From: Macrostomum lignano
Taxonomy: Eukaryota
Assembly: GCA_002269645.1 (NCBI GenBank)
Contig: NIVC01002086.1
Location: 1-64,000, forward strand
DNA: 64,000 nt
Direction: 5' to 3'
Shown here: positions 35,977-49,800 of the stretch, piece after piece
How positions within the stretch are numbered: position 1 is the stretch's first letter
Layout: every line of letters begins with the position of its first letter
Made by a program: the position numbers and the translations under genes
The notes under the pieces: model-generated
What the model was told of the DNA's origin: nothing
Databases searched by the model: none
Seen by the model: only the letters and a program-made list of their open reading frames with translations

Positions 35977-38643
35977 CTGGGTTTTTTTTTCGCCAGAGAT
36001 AAGGTGCAAAATCGCACCTTGTGCCAAATTTCAAGGTGCGATTTTAAGGCTCAGAGTGCAATTTCTCTTGAGTCTTGTTTAGAATGTGAGGGTTTCACGA
36101 GAGATATTCAGACAGACATTCGAAACGATCGTCTGTAACTTTAAACAAAATTGACCCGCTTCAACCATCTTTTTGGCAAATACTTACGCAAGTGTTGGGC
36201 ATCGAATAAGCTTTAATTTATTAACTGAAGTAAAAATCCTTCTGACATACATTGATTTAAAAATTGCTTAGCAACACTCTGATTAGAAATCACTTTACTG
36301 TTGACTAAAATTGTTTTGATCGTAGCAGCCTAAAAGCAGATACTGGATTTAAAAATGCTTCGATTTACTCTATACGCATGTCTCAGCTTTAAAATGACAC
36401 CTCAGGCGTTGCAAAAGACAGCTTTGATGCTGAGATATTTGACACTAAACAATTGCTTTGCGCAAACTCACATTCAGAAATTTCACTGATTTTTATTGAT
36501 ATTTGTGCAGCTGCCATGTCCTTGTTTTTTTCATCAGAAACTTGTCAAATTCTAGTCATGTCCAGTTTAAACCTGGACTTCTCCTAAACTGTCTTAAGTA
36601 TTTGATTTTTAATGATGCCTGCCTTTATATTGCATAGATTGTACCTGAGTCAGTGAGTCTGTGAGTATACATTTGTATATATGGCGACCAATCATGACTT
36701 TTTCACCGCTTTGCGGTTCAAATAAATATACGAGTGTACAAGAAACATGTTCCAACTGTTATTGAGAGAAATTGACGTCGCGTTTATTAACAGTCAGTGG
36801 CAATTAATATGAAGCAAATAGTTTATTGTTATGTTTTTACTTTTTTTGCGTGGCAATTCTGCTATCCAAATCGGAATGAGGTAAGCGGTGGGAATAAAAT
36901 AAAAAGGAAGAATTTTTTCTACTGTTGTTGCAACCCAATAGCTATATGTACTTCAAACTTTTTAGATTGAACAGGCGATTTCTAATGTACTGCTAAGCTT
37001 TCCAATCCCTATGGACTACCGTAGCAGTTCTTAACTTTTTTTGTCTTGACTTCTAGACTCGGAATTCGGAACAACCTAAGGAGCCGCATGAAAATATTTA
37101 ATTGGATAAAGATATTTTCTAAAAACAGCTCAAGTCGTGACACATCTTCTTCTCACCTCAGTCCATCAACTGCTGCTCCTTCGGAGACCGAAGCGATCGT
37201 GAAAGTAAAACAGATCAGTTTAGATCCCATGGCCATGAATACAACCATTTCAATTGTGAACCTGCTTCGCTTACGAGTATGAGCACTAGCCTTCCATTTG
37301 ATGCCATTAGCTCACTTAACTCTGAAATAGTTCAAGGATGGTTCCAAATGTTGAGATCTGATGTAGAAGCAATCCAATTTGCGGAAATTTATCAACTGGA
37401 CTCCATGAATCACTCCAATGAAAGGCGGCGAATAGCTGCAGAATGCGTAAACAAGTTTAAGTGAGTCACAAAAACCCCATTTACAGTAACTACATACACT
37501 TGTACATTAGCAAGGCTCCATGCGATGGTTAATAAATGGAGAAGTAGACAAGCATCTGAACAAATATTGAATAAAAATCAGTGAAGTTTCCGAATGTGAG
37601 TTTGAGCAAAGCAATGTTTAGTGTCGAATATCTCAGCATCAAAGCTGTCTTTTGCAACACCTGAGGTGTCATTTTAAAGCTGAGACATGCATATAGAGTA
37701 AATCGAAGCATTTTTAAATCCAGTATCTGCTTTTAGGCTGCTACGATCAAAACAATTTTAGTCAACAGTAAAGCGATTTCTAATCAGAGCTAGTGTTGCT
37801 AAGCAATTTTTAAATCAATGTATGTCAGAAGGATTTTTACTTCAGTTAATAAATTAAAGCTTATTCGATGCCCAACACTTGCGTAAGTATTTGCCAAAAA
37901 GATGGTTGAAGCGGGTCAATTTTGTTTGAAGTTACAGACAATCATTTTGAATGTCTGTCTGAATGGGTCTCCCTAAAACACACCCCGCACCGCCCTGCAG
38001 CGCTACACATTAAAACAAATTGGACTATAACTAAAGACACTTCAGAATGCGTTTTCTGTTAAGCTTCAAGTTTTTATTAAATTTAGTTTTTTTACTTTGA
38101 AATATAAAATTCGGTGAACAATAAGTGATATTAATAATAATATTAATAAAATAATAATATTATAAATTAATAATGAAAATGAGAATATAAAAAAAATTAT
38201 AATATTTGAATAAATAAATAAAGATATTTCTTCCATTACTATTTTAACTTTTCCTTGCAATCAAATACTGCATTGACAAAAAATGTTATAATGTGTAGCG
38301 GTTCGGGGCCCGGTGCGGGGCGTGTTTTAGGGAGCCCCTATCTGAATATCTCCCGTGAAACCCTCACATTGCTCACATTTCTGACAACTGGGAATGTATA
38401 TTTTAATATCTTACATAAGGCTATAGCTATAGGCTATATCGCCTATATGACTTAATAGGATTTAAAGAGTTATTTTGTTTCATATTTTAAGGCAGTGCAT
38501 AAAAAATAGCTTAAGCATGGTTAAGCCTTTAAAGAAAAATGGTTATAAGACCGCACCTAAACCGTACCTACTTTTTTAATTTCAGGGTGCGATTTTAAAA
38601 TTTAGGGTGCATACGCACACTCTGCGCACAAAAAAAAACCCTG
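35977..38643. mobile_element. 2.67-kb non-autonomous hAT-like element with long internal inverted arms
   Basis: 8-bp TSD TTCAAAAG (35969-35976 and 38644-38651). Termini CTGGGTTTTTTTTT / AAAAAAAAACCCTG. An internal inverted repeat of about 430 bp pairs 36083-36513 with 37552-37964 plus 38341-38370. Confidence 0.82.
37965..38340. mobile_element. 376-bp MITE nested in the right arm of the hAT-like element
   Basis: Imperfect TIRs of about 45 bp (GGGTCTCCCTAAAACAC...CTACACATT) around an AT-rich core. TCTGAAT is duplicated at 37958-37964 and 38341-38347. Confidence 0.7.
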
Positions 38644-40805
38644 TTCAAAAGGCAACTTTAAAATAAAACTTAAAAGTAGTTTTTTAAATATATATAGGCC
38701 TATTGGTGTCACAATGTAGTGCCATGCCAGAAAATGATGTCTATACTTTCCATAGGCCTAGTCTAGATCATGCTTGCAGCTGGGTAGGGGCCTATATGCT
38801 CAAATAAAAAACTGTATAATTAGGCTTACAAATGCATGTAATACAAATACATTAAAAAAAATAATTGACTATATAGGCCTATCTATTTTCAAAACTACAC
38901 CAATGTTGCAACATTAAATGACCTTTTTTGAATTGCATGATGTACCCTTTTTAGCAGATAATTTAGCTGGTTTTTTAATACTTTTTTGGCAATATTATTT
39001 ATATCAAAAAATCAATACATATAAAGATTTGTTTAAATACTTATTACAAGCCTAAAAAACCTGGAAGGCTTAAAATTTATGCTTAAAAATAATTTTTTAT
39101 CTTTTTTTTCTACTTTGCATACAATAGCTTAAATCTTCCACATGATTTTATAAAGTGAATGCTAGGTATGCATAGGTCCATGCACTATTTTCTTAGGAGT
39201 GATGTATACCAACTGTCAACTTTGACAAAATTCTCACTTTTTTCAATACCGATAGGTTAGCTTAGTTGTCCTTAGTCTAGAAACAACTTGATAAATTATG
39301 TCTATTAAAAAAGAAAAAGGAATTATGTAGTAATACGCCTAGACCAAATATAAATTTTTATAAGTTTTCAAAACCAAAACCAAATGTACAAAAAGTTCTG
39401 AATACAAATCCAAATATCCAAATATGTTTCCAAATATAAGCAAAAAGTAAAAGGTAAATGGCAAGAATAACTATGACACTTTTAAGTAACAAAAATATCT
39501 CAGCGTCTAATTTATGATCTAAGTAAGCAACTAAGACTTCTATTCTTTAAACAAAATTCAAGTAAGATTAGGCTATAAGAATTAAAACTTATTAAAGAGT
39601 AAGTAAGTTTGAATTGATCATAATTCCTATATAACTAATCTAGCTAATATAATTACTAATACTAATTGACATTACATTTGTATTTGAGAATGTTCTTGAG
39701 AACCATTTACTGTAGTCTGAAAGTCTGCATTTGAATTTTGAAAAAAAACCAACTAATGATTATACTTAAACAATGATTGCCATAAATGTTTCTGCAACTT
39801 TAGGTTAAATGCTTCAAAGGTCTTATACTTTAATAATTTAACTTTATATAACTTTTTTTCAAATTTGTTACTGCAAAAATGAACAATATGACATAAAATT
39901 TTGCATTTTTTATATACTTTCTTATTTCAAAAGTTTTGTTTCTTTTACAAATGTGAATTTGTTTAGGCTTCTTGATTTTTCCAATATTTGGAAGCATATT
40001 TGGAAAATATCCAGAAAAAATTTCCCAATCCAAAACATAAATATTTCTAAAAAAAGACATTTTTTTGGATTTGGTTATCAAATCCAAATATTTGGATCCA
40101 TCACTAATTTAAAGACACTAATTTTTCGAAAAAAATAGTCTTTTTTGCTTGTTTAGGTTTCTTGATACAATTTTTTTTAATTTTTATCATTTGGGCCAGT
40201 CTTCAGCTGTATGTCTAGTGTAATTGACTAGGAGAAAAGATGGCAAAAATCTATGACTAAGGTATAAAATGTGGCAATGACATTATAACTTTGCATTGAT
40301 TTTTTTATTAAAAAGTTGAATGCATTTTTATATAATAAAATTTAAAATTAATAATATAAAATTAACTAAAATAATAAGAATATAAAAGTTGTTAGGCCTT
40401 TAGAGTTTACAATTTGTTTTTTAATGAAAGACAGTTGTACCAAAATGCCAGATAATTAATGCCAAGGCTATTTCACAAACTTCTAACAGATATCTAGAAA
40501 TCTAGAAATCTTGTCAGAAATCTCTGGGGGGTAAGTCTAATGAGCTGGACTATTGGTAATGTCCCTTTTTGACTATAGTACAATGTTGTATACACTGGCA
40601 TTTTTTAGAATAGATTGTATCCATGATTCTTGAATTGTTACCATAGCCAATTATGTAATCATTTGCATGCCATTGCTGCATGATGGTCTAAATTCTATTT
40701 CAGCTGCACAACCCACTGGCAAGTCTGCACTTTTTAATCTGTTCTGCTCTGGTTGTAATCAGGGATTAGACAAACTAGATAATTATTTTTATAGACTAAA
40801 AAACA

Positions 40806-43800
40806 ATGCTTCAATTAGCAAGTCCAACATCTCCTAGTCCGTCAGCTTCCATCTCGTCTCCAACTCTGTCTGCTGGCGGCAGCAACTTGACCACCGTTAG
40901 ACAGCCTGTAAATGCCTCAAATCACGCGATTATTAGTGGACCTACTAGTCACGTGACCTCCTCAGATGCCTGCTTGTCAATAGTGCACTCGCTGATGCAG
41001 CACAGGCTCGAAGGCGAATCGGAAGGCTTTAGCAAGCGGGCAATTGAGTCTCTGGTTAAAAAACTGAAAGAAAAACGAGAAGAACTTGACGCACTGATTC
41101 AGAGTGTCACCAGTGCCGGGGCAACTACGACCTGTTGCATCACTATACCCAGGACTTTAGATGGCCGGCTCCAGGTGCGTGTACTGTTGCACTTTGCCAG
41201 TTTATTACTTTGGTTTAACTAGGTTACTAGGACAATGTGATAATAGTCCTGTCCCATTATATTGATGACAAAAATAGTCTCTTGAATTATGAGAATCGCC
41301 TCTCTTAAATGATAAGAATCGCCTTTCTTAATCATGAGAATCGCCTTTCTTAATCATGAAGAATCGCCTTTCTTAAATCATGAGAATCGCCTCTCTTAAG
41401 TCATGAAAATCGCCGCTTATATTATGAGAATCGCCTCTTATATCATGAGAATCTCCTTTCTTAAACTGTGAGAATCGCCTCTCTTAAAGCATGAGAATCG
41501 CCTATCTTAAGTCATGAAAATCGTTCGCAAAAGTAAGCACAAACTCGCTTTGCTCGCATTTTTTCCTATGCTACTTACTGGCTCATCGTCAGAGGCGATT
41601 CTCATAATTTGAGAGACGATTCTCATAATTTAAGAAGGGCGATTCTCATAATTTACGAGAGGCGATTCTCATGATTTGAGAGAGGCGATTCTCATGATTT
41701 GAGAGAGGCGATTCTCATGATTTGAGAGAGGCGATTCTCATGATTTGAGAGAGGCGATTCTCATAATTTGAGAGAGGCGATTCTCATGATTTGAGAGAGG
41801 CGATTCTCATGATTTGAGAGAGGCGATTCTCATGATTTGAGAGAGGCGATTCTCATGATTTGAGAGAGGCGATTCTCATAATTTGAGAGAGGCGATTCTC
41901 ATGATTTGAGAGAGGCGATTCTCATGATTTGAGAGAGGCGATTCTCATGATTAAAGAGGCGATTCTTGTAATATAAGAGAGGCGATTCTTGTAATATAAG
42001 AGAGGCGATTCTCATGATTTAAGAGAGGCGACTCTCACAGTTTAACACAGTTTAACATTATTCTACAATTATGAGAATCGCCCTTCTTAAATTATGAGAA
42101 TCGTCTCTCAAATTATGAGAATCGTCTCTCAAATTATGAGAATCGTCTCTCAAATTATGAGAATCGCCACTCTTATATTGAGAATCGCCTTTTAGTCTTA
42201 AGTAATGACAATAGACACCTAGCAAAAGTGAAATCCAATGAATCATCATCCAATTTACCTGAACGTGCCTCCCCTGTCCCCTCAATCGCGCCCCAGGTTG
42301 CCGGTCGCAAAGGTTTTCCGCACGTTGTGTACGCAAAAATTTGGCGCTGGCCAGACTTGCACAAAAACGAATTGAAACACCTGCGGCATTGCCAGTTTGC
42401 ATTCGATTTAAAACAAAATGCCGTCTGCGTTAATCCTTACCACTATGAGCGGGTTGTGGGCGCCGTTATGGACCCGTCCGATGATTCGCCGCCGCTGCCG
42501 CCGCCGCCGCCGCCACCAGATCCGTCTTCTTTATCCCTGTCGCTACAGAGCCTGCCACCGCCGCCTCCGCCACCGCTGCTGACCCCGTCTGGCCCGGTGT
42601 CCATGCTGCACTCGCCGTTGCAGCGCCCCAGCTTGCACATGATGCCACCGCCTCCGCCAGCGCCTCTTCAGCAGCAGCAACCGTGGCTGGCTCACAGTCA
42701 GCAATCGATGGTCACTTGGTCTAGCGGCGTCGTTGGCAACCGGCCAAGTGCGGCTACAACCGCCGCCGCGGTCGCTTTGTCGGCGCCAGCGTCGCCTGGA
42801 GCTGTCAATCCGGAGCATTGGTGCTCCATCTCCTACTTTGAGCAGGACGAGCAGATTGGCGAGACCTTCAAGGTTAGCTTTGGGCTGTCTATCTGCCAGT
42901 CTGTCTGTGTCTATCTGCCAGCCTGTCTGTGTCTATCTGCCAGCCTGTCTGTGTCTATATGCAAGTCTGTCTGTGTCTATCTGCCAGCCTGTCTGTGTCT
43001 ATCTGCCAGCCTGTCTGTGTCTATCTGCCAGCCTGTCTGTGTCTATCTGCCAGCCTGTCTGTGTCTATCTGCCAGCCTGTCTGTGTCTATCTGCCAGCCT
43101 GTCTGTGTCTATCTGCCAGCCTGTCTGTGTCTATCTGCCAGCCTGTCTGTGTCTATCTGCCAGCCTGTCTGTGTCTATCTGCCAGCCTGTCTGTGTCTAT
43201 CTGCCAGCCTGTCTGTGTCTATCTGCCAGCCTGTCTGTGTCTATCTCCCAGCCTGTCTGTGTCTATATGCAAGTCTGTCTGTGTCTATCTGCCAGTCTTT
43301 CTGTGTCTATCTGCCAGCCTGTCTGTGTCTATCTGCCAGTCTTTCTGTGTCTATCTGCCAGCCTGTCTGTGTCTATCTGCCAGTCTGTCTGTGTCTATCT
43401 GCCAGTCTGTCTGTGTCTATCTGCCAGTCTTTCTGTATCTATCTGCCAGTCTTTCTGTGTCTATCTGCCAGCCTGCCTGTCTATCTGCCAGCTTGGCTGT
43501 CTATCTGCCAGCCTGGCTGTCTATCTGTCAGCCTGTCTGTGTTTATCTGCCAGCCTGTCTGTCTATCTGCCAGTCTGTCTGTGTCTATCTGCCAGCCTGC
43601 CTGTCTATCTGCCAGCCTGCCTGTCTATCTGCCAGTCTGTCTGTCTATCTGCCAGCCTGCCTGTCTATCTGCCAGTCTGTCTGTGTCTATCTGCCAGCTT
43701 GGCTGTCTATCTGCCAGCCTGGCTGTCTATCTGTCAGCCTGTCTGTGTCTATCTGCCAGCCTGTCTGTCTATCTGCCAGTCTGTCTGTGTCTATCTGCCA

Positions 43801-46800
43801 GCCTGCCTGTCTATCTGCCAGCCTGCCTGTCTATCTGCCAGTCTGTCTGTCTATCTGCCAGCCTGCCTGTCTATCTGCCAGTCTGTCTGTGTCTATCTGC
43901 CAGCCTGGCTGTCTATCTGCCAGTCTGGCTGTCTATCTGTCAGCCTGTCTGTGTCTATCTGCCAGCCTATCTGTATCTATCTGCCAGCCTGTCTGTATCT
44001 ATCTCCCAGTCTATCTGTATCTATCTGCCAGTCTGTCTGTGTCTATCTGCCAGCCTGCCTGTCTATCTGCCAGTCTGGCTGTCTATCTGTCAGCCTGTCT
44101 GTGTCTATCTGCCAGCCTGTCTGTATCTATCTGCCAGCCTGTCTGTATCTATCTGCCAGTCTATCTGTATCTATCTGCCAGTCTATCTGCATTTATCTGC
44201 CAGTGTATCTATATATCTATCTATATGTATAAACCAGTCTATCTATCTGTTACCCTAGTTCAGTCAGCTGAGTCTCCTAGAACAAAGCAAAAGCCGATAA
44301 AATATTTTGCTATCCAATTTATTTTTCATCCGCTTCATCAAAAGCTCAGCTCGCGAACCGTTGCAAAAATAAATTTTCTCGCAATCCAGCATCAGCTGGT
44401 CGTTAAACTGGGGCAGTAAAATCCCGCGAGCTTGCTTTCTTCATCAATCGTTTATAACTTTATAAATATTGTTTTGCACTGGTGCGCGGCATTAATTTCC
44501 TCCATATTTTTATTCTCTATCAACCGCTTGCCTTAGACAGGCTCTCTTTCTTGTTTCCTTTTCCTTCTGCTGGATACTGTCCGTTATCTGGGCGCCCTTC
44601 CCTGCCACCGCCTGCAATCTGAGTTGCTCAGCTACAAAATGCACCCGAAGCAGCACTGTTGTGTTTACGCTTGTTGGGGTCTGTCGGTTACGTCTGCTTC
44701 ATATTGCGCACATACTTTTGATTTTTGCCCTATTAAGTTAGTGTTGAGCGTTTCGAGTTAAGGCAGCGATATTAGTATGATCATTCTTCTTATTAGTCAT
44801 ATTAACTAAGCTCTAATCCGCTTTTGTAATGACACGGTCTTGTCTTGAAAACATTTGCACTCAATTTGAAATTTTACAAGCAGATCAGAAGATCGACTGA
44901 GTTGTGTAAATAAACAGGCTGGCATGGCAGACAGACACAGACAGACATATCTAGACAGGCAGACACAGACAGACATATCTAGACAGGCAGACACAGACAG
45001 ACATATCTAGACAGACATATCTAGACAGACATATCTATACAGACATACACAGACAGACATATCTAGACAGGCAGACACAGACAGACATATCTAGACAGAC
45101 ATATCTAGACAGACATACACAGACAGACATATCTAGACAGGCAGACACAGACAGACATATCTAGACAGGCAGACACAGACAGACATATCTAGACAGAAGA
45201 CAGACAGACATCTAGACAGACAGACAGACATACAGATCTAGAAAGACAGACACTAAGACCCTAAGACAGACAGATCTAAAAAGACACACTAAGACAGACA
45301 GACTGGCAGACAGATCTAAAAAGACACTAAGACAGACAGACAGACAAAGTAACAGAGCCAGAGAGACAGACCGACAGCGACAGCCTAACTTCTAAGTTCA
45401 GTTGAATCAGACCAGCCGCAGTTATTATAAGATCTTAAGGGTCGCACGGCCCACGGAATCGTCAATGAGTGCACTCCGTGCCCGCTGGTTTCGTCTATGG
45501 TTAATGCTTAGTGGCGCCCTTGACATAATGAGACAACACAGCTCTGCCTATGGATTGATGTATATGGATAAACCATAGACAGAACCTCTTTTGTTAAGAC
45601 TTGCCTGATAAAAATATACCATAGCAACGGTATAAAATTGAATACGTACCATTCCGTCTCTGTAATCAATGCCAGGTGCCCTACCGTCAGTCGATTGTAA
45701 CCATAGACGGCTACACAGACCCTTCTTCGACGCATCGGTTTTGTTTAGGCCAACTCAGCAACGTCAGGCGTACGGATGTGTCCGAACGGGCCAGATTGCA
45801 TATTGGCCGGGGCGTGTCGTTGAGCATGGTTGGCAGCGGAGACGTCTGGCTGGCTTGCCTATCGGATCATCCTGTGTTTGTGGAGTCGCTCTACTTGGAC
45901 AGGGAGGCCGGTCGTCCGCCTGGTGATGTCGTGCATAAAATCTACGCGTCCGCTAGGATTAAGGTGAATAGTCAGTGTTTTCCCTTCCTGTCATATTTAC
46001 TGCTTCCGGTTATCTATTTTATCTGATCATACTGATCATATTTTCATAGCTTTTGGACACCTATCTGTATCACTTTCCGGTCATTTTTATATCACTTCCG
46101 GTCATTTTTATATCACTTCTGGTCATTTTTATATCACTTCCGGTCATTTTTATATCACTTCTGGTCATTTTTATATCACTTCCGGTCATTTTATATCACT
46201 TCTGGTCATTTTATATCACTTCCGTTTATTTTTAAATCACTTCCGGTTATTTTTGTATCTCTTCCGGTCATATTTTTGTCGCTCTTAATCAAATTTTTAT
46301 CTTCTGTAATCTTAAAAACACAATTTAAAGCTATAATTTATATACTGTGTAGGTCTTTGTGTTGTACTTTATTATTATTTAGCTAATATGTCCTTGATCT
46401 GACACTGTGCACGATTCGTATAAAATTATAATATCGCCCAGTGTTTCGTACGGGGACCAGATTAATGCTCTTATTAAGACGGAGACTCTTGACCAGCTGT
46501 ATTTAAACATAAGAATCTAGCAAATTGTCTGCTTGATTTCTTTGCTGGGCTAAATATCCAAGTCTTACAGCGATTTTTCTTTCCAAAGTAATGTATATCC
46601 AGATATTATAAATCCATTCACGCTTTTTCTTATTTGCTCAACTTCCGGCCATCAACAAAGTACTTTCAGCCATTAACAAATTACTTCCGGTCATACAAAC
46701 AAATTACTTTCGGTCATATTAACAAATTACTTCCGGTCATATTAACAAATTACTTCCGGTCATCAACTAGTTATTTCCGGCCATTAACAAATTACTTCTG

Positions 46801-49800
46801 GTCATACAACAAATTACTTCCGGTTATTAACTAGTTACTTCCGGCCAGTAACAAATTACTTCCGCTCCGATAGTTTTTTCAACAATCATACTTTTGTTAA
46901 TGTAATTAATGTAATTATACTATAGCATTACTCTGTCCTTGATCTGACACTGCAAGATTTACATTAAATTTAATATCGCTCAGTGTTTCGTACGGGGACT
47001 AAATCAAAACTTTAGTCATTGTCGTTAGCCTAATTTAATAAGAAAAGCTGGCGAATTCCACAGTTAGCCTGCTTTTCCATATTCAGCAGACTATACATAA
47101 ATTTGCAACACAGCAACCAATGGGGTTATAACACAGATTCTAAAATGACTGTCAATGGGCCACTCAGGCATAAATGCGTATTAAAACAGCTTTCTACTTT
47201 CAGTTCAGTAGCAAATAAGAATACAGAAGCTATTTTATAAAAATAAAGGCAGCTGAAATGACTTTGATAAGTTTAGAACCCAAGCTTGCGAGCGTAAACA
47301 ACGTGCTAATTGGTTCAGTAATAATGTACATTGACCAGTCCACTGAAATGTACATGGCCGCTTCAGGCTGGAATTCTGATAAAGGCAATAAAAATTGGGG
47401 TGGAGGCGGGGTAGTGTGGAAAGGAAGGGTTGGAGGGTTTTTGCTGGGGGGATTAGAGCTAACATTTAAGAGTATATCAAAATGCTTCTGTTTAACTTAC
47501 TACTGAACTGAAAGTAGTTTATACGCAAATGTGCTGAGTAGACTATCTAGTTTATTCTAGTATCTGTATCTGTGGCTTATAGTTGATAAATAAATGAAAT
47601 TGAAGTCCTGTCTAATACCAGTTCACGGTCAACAACTAAAGTGGCTCGAAGTGGTGCAATCAGGACCAGATTAGAAAATTTATGGCCAGTTTAATAAGCA
47701 TAGATTTGCTAGATTTTTACCTTCTTATGTATAGTAAGTTCAAGTTGAGATTTCTACTGGCAACATTTATTGATTAAATCTAATTAAATTGAAATTGTGC
47801 ATCTGAAAATTGTCTAAGTTAACAAACAAGGTGTACTACGGTTTAAAAATTGCAAACAAATGGTGTGGTTAATCATAATTAAAAATTAACTGGTTTGGTG
47901 GTTCCCGGAGAATCCAGAAGGTGGATGTTCGCTCGCCCAGTAGCCCTTAAATAGCGGACGAGCTGGCAGAGAGTCTCGGGCCTGAAAACGTCGGAGAGGT
48001 CCGTGTTTGGGCCGAGGTAGGTGAGCCTGTCCCGAGTAAAGGCGGGGCATTCACAAATGAAGTGCTCCACTTTTTCGACACAGGAGAAGGCAGATAGGGC
48101 ATTCCTCGCTACGGATTTTTCCCTGGAGGTGGCAATGCCTGGCAAAACAGCCATGACCCGAGAGGGCCATGGTCACCGCCCTGATGTCCCTGCGGAAGGT
48201 GGGGGAAGAACAGGGGACAGCGGCGCGGGATTGTTGGCAATCGGGGGCGTTGGCCCACCTCTTCCTGTACTTTGAAGCCACCCACTGGTTGATCCGAGTG
48301 GGTCGTGTAGAGTACGTCTTTCCTATTTTACCCACAGATACTAGAATTACTAGATGGGCCACTCAGGCATATATACTTAGTAAAACAGCCTTCTACTTTC
48401 AGTTCAGTAGCAAAGAAGAATACGTAAGCTATTTTATAAGAATAAAGGTCCTTGAAAGGACTTTAATAAGTTTAGAACCCAAGCTTGCGGGCATAACCAA
48501 CTTGCTAATTGGTTTAGCAATAATGTACATTAGCCAGTCCACTGAAATGTACATGGCAGCTTTAGGCTGGAATTCCGAGAAAGGCAATAAAAATTGGGGT
48601 GGTGCCGGGTTGTTGTTGTTAAACGGGGGTGGGAAACTGGGCTTACCCGCGGATCAGCCCTAAAGGGGGCTCTACCGCTGCGGGGCACTTTCCAAGGGCA
48701 CGGGGAATTCCGTGGACCCGAGATACCCTCCTCGGAAGTCCGAGAACCAATTTAGTTGGGCCCTGACTAAGGCCAGGGGAGGCGAGGGACTTCAAACCTA
48801 TGGTACAAGACACCGCCAACCCAAAAAGTGGAATCAGGGACGGTGCTAGGACCGAGTCCACCCAGGCTACCCCCCAGCAGACAAGTCCTCGGGAGTGCGC
48901 GAAAATTGGAAACGAAAATGTTGGATATACTACTGGAAGCCGTCCAAGAGCGGGGAAACCCAGAAGTCTTGGAAAGGGCTGAACTATTGGAACGAGTCTG
49001 GAAGGCTTGTATCCGAGGGCTAGTCTCCTGTCAGGCCCGTGACCAAAGACCTATAGGGCTGCAAGCCACAAGGGCATCACCTATCCAGCTCAATATTGGA
49101 GGCCAGGCCAAGGGGGGGGGAGGGGCACAAGGGGCAAGAGGAAACCGGACTCAGCCGGTTTTCCCCGATTCGGGACGAACATCCTTTCCAGGACTCCAAT
49201 CCACTGTCAGAGATGAGAGCCGAGACGCAATAAGCAGGGAGACAACCAGAGGAGCCAGCACAGATGGACCAAGGACAGAGCAGGATGGACCGGGCAGGGA
49301 GGGCAGAGCTCATAACTCCGGAGAATTGGAGCGGCAATCTAAGTCCTTACATTGATAAAAACCAATACAAGTGGTGCCGGGTTAGTGTGTGGAAAGGCGC
49401 TGTTGAAGGGTTTAAGCTGGAGGTAAAAGCCAATAAAATGAGCCTGGGCTTTATAATTACATTAAAATGCTTCTGTTTAACTTACTACTGAACTGAAAGT
49501 AGCTTACACGCAAATGTACTGAGTGGCCCATCTAGTTATTCTAGTATCTGTAATTTTACCTGCTATCTGTAACAACTTTTGGGTGACGCAAATGACTCTC
49601 TGGGACACTTCTTGGCCGAAGGTTTACCACAATTTATAAAACATTTATTGCAGGTATTCGACATTGGCCAATGCCATCAAGAGATGAAATTGCAAGCTTC
49701 CAGAGCCGCCACAAGCGCCGCATCCGGCACCGACAACGGGCCGCTGCAAGGCTCGGACACCGGCGTCGGGGTCGACGACCTCAGGCGCTTGTGCGCAATT

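Noticed and set aside
42873-44419. 676-, 499- and 496-aa Cys-rich ORFs ([10 protein letters not shown])
   Set aside because: Read-through of a 22-bp intronic minisatellite past the SMAD4 exon 2 donor at 42873.
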